DNA from: Eledone cirrhosa
Lineage: Eukaryota
Assembly: GCA_964016885.1 (NCBI GenBank)
Contig: OZ024740.1
Coordinates: forward strand, 93,310,001-93,374,000
Reading direction: 5' to 3'
DNA length: 64,000 nt
Positions 54,810-64,000 of the stretch are shown in pieces. The translations under genes were made by a program, and so were the position numbers. The notes beneath the pieces are model-generated. The model was not told the DNA's origin and ran no database searches. It saw only the letters and a list, made by a program, of their open reading frames with translations. The number at the start of each line of letters is the position of its first letter. Positions within the stretch are counted from its first letter, which is position 1.

Positions 54810-57800
54810 CGGTCTGTTCGGACGCTTTATTTCTCTCTCCCCGTAAGTCGCTTTATTTGCCTGTTAAAATTATTTGTTGTTAAATACTTTTTGTTGTGTA
54901 AAGGACATACGTCCCTAGACTTTGCTCTGTGCTATCTCTGTGGGCAGAATGTTCACCTCAGGGCCTTCTGTCTGCAGACGACAGCCAAGATGAGGGCCCC
55001 CCTCCTTCCGATGCCAGAAGGGCTGGCAACAGACGCAGAAGACCCTTCCATTGCGAATAGAAGGGAATGCCCGTGGCACTCATACCAAGGCCACGCACAA
55101 CTAAAACAGCGGCAGCAGTGGCGGTAACACCAAGAGTAGCAGTAGCTACCCCGGCGGCAAAATCGCCGGAGCGGGCTCCACTACCACCACCAACAGCAGT
55201 GGAGCTCATACCCCTCCCAGACGCCACGGAATCTGACATGGAGTATGGGGCGGGAGAGAAGTAGCAAACGGTCTGCCACAAAAAACAAATGAGGTAAAAC
55301 CCCTTAGCTTCCCCCTCCAAAAGTGAGGGCAGACAAAGAGAGGTAAAGGCTGCAAGGATACTTGCAGCAACACCACCACCATGACCATCACCACCACAAG
55401 CATCAACACCAACAACAACCACACTAACACCAGCATCACCAAAAAAACACCAATATCGCAAACACAAAAAAACACACACACCCAACAAAATCACACCGCC
55501 CCCCAAAAAGTTCACAGCCATAAACATGGCAAATAAAGAACTCATACAACATATAAAGTAGCACACAGACATCACAGAAAAAAAAGCTACTACACCCCAC
55601 CAACACCAAGAACACTCCCGTAAATATAAGAATCATTTAAATTAATATAGAACAGTACAAACTTTTAAAACAAAAATTCCCCAACGCAGTTGGTGTCTTT
55701 AGAGGGTCGGATACCAAGAGGATATACACTGACATTCTCTTGGTAACACCCATGACCAGCCAAAGGGACGGTTTTACGATCCCTTCACCACACGATCAAG
55801 GTAAGTGATCCTTTCTCAATTGCCCCGTTTATCATCCAACATGGCCGTACTTAGAATAGGCAGACCTTGGGTCATCTTGGAAGCAGAGTCACCGGCTCAA
55901 CAACCACAGGTCACTAAACATAGATGTGATGGCTATCAGAGAGACCAGAATCTTTGAAACACGAGTCTTCGTACCGAACTTCGGCGACTACGATGTATAC
56001 GCATCGCCCAGCCGTCCATACGGGCCATCTTCCTGGACCCCGAAGGTAAGTCGGTGGTGCTGCACATGACCGGCAGCGAAGGCAATGCTTACAGGCTAGT
56101 AGCCGTCTACGCCCCAGCAGGGGCAGGACGGCCAGATTTCTTCAGATGTCTAGAGACCTTTCTTGCAACGTCCCGCTCTTTAGTGTTAGTGGGCGACTGG
56201 AACGGTATATTTGATGCACGCTGGGATTGTGTGGGGCTAGTTGATAGGGGAGGAGGGTGCAAGAGCCTCACCAACCTGCTCAGACGTTTTGAACTGTCTG
56301 ACAGGTATCGACTGGATCACCCGAATGTGCCAATGTGGACACGAACAAACCGCGTCGGGTCATCCAGATCATATCTCGATAGGGTATTCTGCAGAGAACT
56401 AGATAAGGCTAGTATAAGTTGTCCACAATTTAAAATAGTCCACCACACAGACCACAAAATTGTGATCTGTGAGATCGACATAGACAGACATCATAGACAT
56501 GGACCCGGCTACTGGAAGCTGAACGCGCCTTTCGCGGTGCGCAAGGCCTACATAGACAGGATTAGCGTATTAGTTAAGCGCGCGTTGACGAGAATGGTCG
56601 TCAAAAACAAGTGTTGGTTCGCCCTGAAAAGTGTAATTAAAGTAGAGTCGATTAGGTTTAGCAAAGGACTAGTGATAGAGAAAAATAGGGTAGAGGGAGA
56701 GCTTGTCAGAGAGATAGAAGAGGCGTTTAGGACAGGCATCTCAACCGACGTGCTCGCGGCGGGATTAGCACTCGACCAATTCTTCAACGCAAAACACGAA
56801 GACTGCGTTGTCAGAGCTAGAGCGCGTGCTCTGAAACACGAGGGTACAAAAGCTGTCCAATGGGCCCGGGTGGCAGAGGCACAACGTGGAAACAAAGCCA
56901 CAATTCGGACTTTGTCTGACCAAACCGGGCGCGTGTTGCTCGATCCCGAGCAGTTGTGAGAGGCTTTTCAGCAGCACTTTGCTGAACTATTTGGGAGCAG
57001 AGGCGACCGGATCGGGGTATGGACTTCAGTGCATACCTCGACGAATTGCCTCGGCTCTTTATGACCGCATCACAGTGTTCCGAAAAGTCAATAACAGCCG
57101 GTGAAATACGGGAAGCGATGGCTAACTGCACGAGCGGTAAATCGCCAGTTTTGTATTGTCTGCCCTACAAGATTTATGAATTTATGCCCGACTTAGCTGA
57201 CCTCTTGGCAGACGTCTACTGCAACTGGCAGCAGAACGGGAGCACTCCATGCATTGTGAGACGGGGAGTGGTGGCGCTGCTGACAACACACCCGAACAAG
57301 GAAGATGTTATCGATAAATTCAAGGCCATAAAGCTACTAAACGCAGAGTTCAAAATGCTGGCCAAGATGTTAGCAACGGGGTTGGCGCTTGTCGTTGAGG
57401 GTCTGGTGGGAGAGGCACAGACATGCGCTATTACGGACAGATCGATACACGACAATTTCCACCTCATGCGATACATCGTAGAGAGGGTGGTTAAGGAACC
57501 TGGCACGGGTGGGTCCCTGTTCCACATGGATCAATCCAAAGCGTTCGGTAGCGTCGACCATCGGTACCAGGCGGCGGTCCTCGAGGCAGCCGATTTCGGG
57601 CCCGTTTTCAGGGGCAGGATCACTGTGATGTACAGAAACATCTGCTCAGTTGTGAGGATGAACAGTCACCTGTCGCAGCTGTTCAGCATCATGCGCTTGG
57701 TCCACGAGGGTTGTCCCCTCTCGTCCCTCTTGCACGTATTGGCTCTCAAGCCGTAACTGCACAAACTGGGGGAGATTCGGGGCGTCCCACGCGAGCTAGG

Positions 57801-59493
57801 ATGCGGGAAATCCGAGAAGGCTTACGCCGACGAAATCACCGAGGTGGTGTCGAGCACCAGACACGTCCAGATGCTCGGCACCGCTCTCAAGGAATACGAA
57901 GCGGTGACAGGAGCAAATATAAACAAGGAAAAGTCGGTGGCTTGCAGCTCGGCACCTGGAGAGGCAAGTCCATGCCGTCCGACAGCATTGTGGGGCGCTG
58001 GACTGACGGACAGCTTAAATTGCTCGGGTTTCGTTCGGACCGGTCCCCCAGATGGAGAAAAACTGGAGCGAGGTGACGAGCAGGGTGGCCTCCCTAACCC
58101 AAAAATGGGCCGAGAGGAAGCTGTCCCTGAAAGGTTGGGCAGAGGTGTCAAATGAGTATATCGCATCTATCATCTGCTACCGCCTCACCACCGTCCCTTG
58201 CTCTGGCCCAACTCTCACCAAAATAGAGCGCCTCATCTTCCGCTTTTCGTGGAAGGGACGCGCTCCCATGGTCAGACAATCCATCTGCTGTCAACACCCG
58301 TTGCGTGGAGGACTGGGCATGCCATGGCTGATGATGCGCAAACATGCACTGAAGCTGCGCATCACTGGTAATTCCATGACGGTGAACAGGTGTGGTCGGC
58401 GTTCGCAAGGCACGCTTCCCCACAGCTCGTCTCCTTGACGGAGCTGTAGTCCTGGGCCAGGAAAAGACCGAGAGATAGCGCTTGTAAACTGGAATGTCTC
58501 CAGGCGTTCACCGCCCTCTGCTAGCTGGGCACCAGTATCGGTGGAACATCCACCTCGGCGTTATATAGAGGACTAGTGGAGGGGAAGAGCGACAGCGTTC
58601 TCGGAAAGATCCTGGGCGTCGAAGAAGATCAGCTGTTTGCTTTCTTCCAGGGAACTTTCAGCCCAGGGCCTATAGGTAACTTCCAAAAATCCCTGACCTG
58701 CAGTGCTACCGGGGAGCGTTGCCAGATCGAGATAAGCTCTACAGGCACGGTAATGCCGTCGGCTGAGCCTGTCCGTGATGCGCTCAGAACGACGAAACTG
58801 TCGTGCACGCACTCATTCAATGCCCGAGCATTGATGGCTCGTGGAGCTATGTCGAAGAGTTGCTGTCGCGTGTAGGATTGATCCGGTTATCAACTGAGTC
58901 CATTGTACAGATGGTCTCGCCGTCTTCCTTCGAGGAGGAAGAGCAGGTTGTTTTCATCTGCCTGGTGGCCATGGCGAAAGAGAGTGTGTGGTGGACAAGG
59001 TTGAAAGGGTTCAATACAGACTCTTTCCACTTCGGCGAATCCCTAATTGACTTTTTCAAGTTTCACTTGAAGAGAAAAGTTAGGATGGAGAGGCAAGTGC
59101 CTTCTAGAAAGTTTGTTGAAAGGTGGGTGAATGTAGCGAGGATGGTCCGAGGGGAGTGGTCCGCTCTGTATATACGCCTCTAGCTTGAGAAATGGAAACA
59201 TTGAGAGAGGGTGCTTGCTCTGCTGGTCATGGTAGCCGTGGTCTTTTGTGTGGTTTTCGCCACGAGAAACCCTCGGAGGTCCCCGCCTCCATTGGGGAAT
59301 TGTTCATTGTTTTAATTTTCATTTTTATTGTTTATATATATATATATATATTTTATATGTCTTTTTTTTTCTTTTCTTCTATAAATAATAACAATCTTTA
59401 CACGCACAAGTCCCACATCGTCGCGTCCAGTTCCGCCCTGTGCCTTCTGTAATGTTTTTCTTGACGTCAGCCCTTGTGGCCAATAAAGAAATC
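54810..59493 (+). mobile_element. Tx1/L1-clade LINE copy 3 (diverged subfamily, most of ORF1 missing)
   Basis: Starts right after (ATT)n; CYLCGQNVHLRAFC knuckle; ORF2 pieces 56054-59183; 3' AATAAAGAAATC(ATT)n. Confidence 0.9.
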
Positions 59494-61124
59494 ATTATTA
59501 TTATTATTGTATATGTGTTTTTTGTATCAGTTTTATGCCACTTCGTTATAATGTGGGTCCTATTCATATCGGTAATACTGGTTTAACTTTTTCTTAGTGT
59601 AATTAAGGTGTCGTAGTATATGAGGAATGCGTTTTAGTGTTGCACAACCTGAAGTACTTCTTATTCGGTCCTTTATCAATAGCTACATGTTTTTCATAAC
59701 TTGGAATTTATACTTATCCCTCACTATAATCTGGTCTGGCCAGATTTCAGCTATAGAAATTAGCGTGATTATTGAATATTCTCCGATTCGCTGATAACAT
59801 CGAAATTCTTCTTAAAACACTTCCAAATATAGCCTTTGATACTGTTCTGCCGAAGCTCGAAGTATGAGAAGACATTATAATTTCTTCTTTAGTTTAACGT
59901 ATAAGTAGCCGGATTTAAGTCCACAGTTACACTGAAGCCATTAACTAGTCATCTACGTTCCTCCATTTAAATCTTAAGGCTTATGTTTTCGAATAAACTA
60001 GGCTTTCCCACGATTCAGAACCCAGTCAAAATCATGGCGAATAAAAATTGAGCTAGATTAAGAAAGCGACCAAGAGAAAACAATAATGAATAGGGAAGGA
60101 CGTACAGATTGAACAGATAAGAAATAAAAGAGCGGCTATCTTACTACCTGCAACCAGAAATTATCGGAAACATCCTTTTAAATGTCCGTCAGAAAACATC
60201 CAGTCAACTTTTGTACAACATCTACCATAATTCAAAAGATGTGACTTTTGTATATTTATGTATCTCTTTTCAATACTCATATAACATCCAAGTAGCTCAT
60301 ACACATTCCTCTAGCCTACACATCACGCTTCAAGTACGAAACCCGAAAACATAGCATACACATTTTACTAAAAATGTCCCTTTAACCAAGAGATACCTCA
60401 ATTAGAATATCCATTGAATTACTTTTCAGCGTTATTACAAATTGGATTTTATCTCAGAATCTCGTTCAAACATTCACGTTTTCCTGAAACAGCAAGTCCG
60501 TATTATATATAACATCTCCATGATTTCCGCAAACAGTGTATACAATTAGCAGTGATGGTCATACATAGGTCTCGATAACTAGAGTAGCACAGTTGATTTA
60601 TCAGTCTCTAAAATGATTTCATCCAAATTACTAAGATAATAATGTTTGTTTACGACAATCTTTATAATTAATTTCTGCTTTTCTGATTAACAATTAAAAG
60701 AAGAATGGTAGATGATGTTCCTTCAATTCGCTTTTCCTATCTTGTTCGTAAAAGATGCATTGGTCCTTTCAGGTGCGTGGCTGAGCGGGGTTTTTTTTGC
60801 TGATTGCATCGACGCTCGAACATACTTGCAGAAGCGCTGATGCAGTTGCATAGGAAATCGCTGCTATTACTTTGTATCTCAACACCATATCTTTATTTAT
60901 GCTCTCCGTTTCGGAAGCAGTGAGACGGTCCTTTGCATGTCCATTCACTATGAGTGGTCTGGGCTTCTAAAATTCTAGACTTACCATCCTGTTTGACTGA
61001 AACTATAGAATGTCCTAATCTATATGGTACCTCCATTACACCTCTTTTACGATGGGGCGCGAAAGGTTACTAGCAGTGGGGAATGGTAAGAATGAGCCTC
61101 CTTGATTGATGAATCATGCAATTC

Positions 61125-61302
61125 TATCTCTATAGAGGGTTGGACGCCATGCTTTGTAGCAAAGAGTTGCGGCCCTTGCCATTCTGAGTTCAAATCCCGT
61201 TAAGTTTAACTTTGCCTTTCATCCTTACGTGGTCGATAAAAAAAGTACCAGCAATGTACTGAATAATTCATGGCCTTGTGCCAAAAAGTACAAACAATTA
61301 TT
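61125..61302 (+). mobile_element. tRNA-derived SINE, same family as 20271-20460
   Basis: B-box GAGTTCAAATCCC, AACTTTGCCTTTCATCCTT..GGTCGATAAA..AGTACCAG..TGGCCTTGTGCCAAAAAG. Confidence 0.8.
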
Positions 61303-62044
61303 TAATATATATTGGACAGTTAAAAGGCTGCAATTTCTGAGGAATACATATTTAACTGTGCGTACACTTTAGTTGCTAAAATATATAAAGTTAAAAGGTC
61401 CACTGTGCCGAATGAAAGAAGATCAGGGGGAACTGTGAATTTTAATACGAGGTGTAGTAAGTCATCTCTGGCTCTGTAATAACCAACAACATACGCATTG
61501 CCTGAACATATAGGGATTAAGAGTTATTCACATAAATAAATCAGATTCAATAATGGTTTATACACTTGATTTAATTGGGGGCGGAACTTTAAGGGCAGCA
61601 GTGAAATGTACAACGTTTAGAATATCATATTTAATATAACAAGAAAGATAACTTCAGATGGGATGAACTAAGTTGACGGAGTCTGTTTAGGTGGACTAAG
61701 TCTTTCGAAGGTTATATTTATCCCTACTCAACGAATCACCAAAATTGTAATCCGAGTTAAATATAGCATATTCACATGTGTTCCATTTAAAGTGAGAGAT
61801 CATTTTCTCCTTTTTCTTTTAATAATTAAAACGACATTCTAAAAGCTTGTTTTATTTTATGTAATATATTCTAAGCATTGCGAAACACCTATCTGCATTC
61901 TGTCTAAAAATGTTGTATTGAGAGTTTTGATTTAATTAAATTATCCATCTAATGTAAACTACAATGAAGTAATAAATACAAACCGTTCAAATAACTGGAA
62001 TTGAAGTATTCAGTTCACCTCGACAATCGTTTAAACATTGTAAC

Positions 62045-62256
<212 letters not shown>

Positions 62257-62890
62257 AGGGAGTGTAACGTGATGTTACTCTAGGTCCACACAGGTGAGCA
62301 CTCGATGTTTCAGTTCACTTCAGTAGCGAGGTGTATAGCTAGACAGAGGGTAAAATAATAATATAAAAATACAAGGATGATTTGTTAAGCCTTCATTACG
62401 TTCGTTCGTTGTTTGTTGAAGCGAGTTTCGCTATTGATTAGCTCAAGGTTCGATCTCTATCGATTTGGACCGACTCTGGAATGAAAAGCTCGTTGGACCT
62501 CTGCTTTTGTAATGACAGAATAAACATATATTGCTTATAAATGTCTAACGCTTCTCGTTCATATGGTGGTCAATTTATATTGTTTCGATTGGTGGTTTAG
62601 CTACGAGGAATGTTTTGTGATGTTTGATAGGTGGGGTGAGCATAGTGTCGAGTTAGTTGTGGGGAGCGATGGCTGATTTAAATTGCGAGATGGGGTGTTT
62701 TGGCTTGCCATAGCTATGTCGGAGTGTACGTGGTGAAGCAGACGTGATGTGTGTGTGGTGTGGATGTGGTAGGGGTGTGCGTGATAGGAAATGGAATAAT
62801 GCAGTGCTGTACTAAGGTTAGGGTGCTTCTACTGGTCATCAGTTTGTCACTGAGGAGTAGGAGGACATAAGGGAGGCAGGTTATATTATT

Positions 62891-63145
62891 CTAAAATCCC
62901 GGAGAGCTCAATTTGCTGGCCACTATCACCGTGCCAGCAATGAAATCATATCCGCTCTCTTGCTCTGGAACCCTGACTCCAGCCTGACTAGGAGTAGGAA
63001 GCTGTCATTTCCTGACGTTATCTCTAGGGATACGGGAATCAACAGACAGGACCTGGGGGCAGCGGTGGGGGACAGGGGATTCTGGAGCATGAGAGTGAAA
63101 TCCATCATCTCGACAGTAGTCGACGAGTGATGATGATGATGATGA
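62891..63145 (+). mobile_element. RTE-like LINE extreme 3' end with (GAT)n tail
   Basis: Frame LKSRRAQFAGHYHRASNEIISALLLWNP..RKLSFPDVISRDTGI..DRGFW..IISTVVDE* followed by tgatgatgatgatga. Confidence 0.75.
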
Positions 63146-63586
63146 ATATGGAATTATGGTATGATGTTGGTGTTTGAAAAGACCATTGAAAACCTCTAAA
63201 GAATGTTTGTATAAAAAACAAGATTTGGAGATGTTGTATAAAAAACAATATTTGGAGATGTTGCTAGGGGCAACTGTGTGAACAAGAGACACTCGCAGAA
63301 GATACACGGAGCAATATCGGTTTACATAACTAGATGCGTCTGCTCGTGGCAGGCGATATGGAATATCCCCTGGCGGCACAGTCTCACGTACAACTCATAC
63401 GAATTCTAGGTATTTTCGAACACAGCGTCCCATGCACGTATTGAACATATGTCTGAATCTCGGCATGCGTAATCACTAACGAGATATGCGCGCTCATCGT
63501 CCTGGGGTCCATATTACTATATCGCTGTGCAGGGGTGTAAGAAAACACACATGCTCATATATACGTAGACACACACATTCCCACAC

Positions 63587-63621
<35 letters not shown>

Positions 63622-64000
63622 CACACATATGTGCACACACAAAATAGGCGAAGTTGTACGTGCGTTGGCATTGCATGTAGATGCTATCATGTGCAGTTAA
63701 ATGGTAGTAGAATAAATAGAGTAGGGTGATGGTGTGCTAGAGAATACAAAAAGATGTTAGATTATGGTGGTGAAATTAGTGATACAAGATGAGGTGATGA
63801 AATCCATTGACGCGAACTGTATGGAGCTGGTGATCTGCGTGTGCCTCAAGGTTATGTGGTATGTAATGATGTGGGGGTGGATGGAGGATGCATGGCGATA
63901 TGTTTAGTGGTGGGGAATATAAGGAGTAAAAATAAAATTTAGCTGGGATAACTGGATATGAAATTAGATATGGAAAAATAGTGGGTGTTATTTCGATGTT

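Noticed and set aside
43225-59059. Long antisense ORFs over the Tx1-like elements and the RTE
   Set aside because: Shadow frames of GC-richer retroelement coding sequence, with no independent motifs

Overview
AT-rich, microsatellite-dense eukaryotic DNA. The SINE families and (TA)n/(CA)n load suggest an octopus or other coleoid cephalopod (inference). No intact host gene is evident; almost everything recognisable is retroelement-derived. (1) Penelope-like elements (PLEs): a decayed near-full Naiad-type copy (1-5184), a young 5'-truncated Neptune-type copy (13166-15728) and a Naiad 3' fragment (17871-19835). (2) About ten short fold-back (inverted-repeat) inserts sitting in (TA)n tracts. (3) More than 20 full or partial type-I hammerhead ribozyme (HHR) motifs from about 10 families, read by eye in these inserts and PLE ends. 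Several have non-canonical cores shared between copies, and several inversion junctions fall inside the HHR. (4) A 17-kb cluster (42.7-59.5 kb) of three Tx1/L1-clade LINEs plus an R4/Dong-type fragment, every boundary being (ATT/TAA)n. (5) An RTE 5' half, an RTE-like 3' end, a mariner, a probable non-autonomous Helitron and tRNA-derived SINEs. All folding and alignment was done manually.
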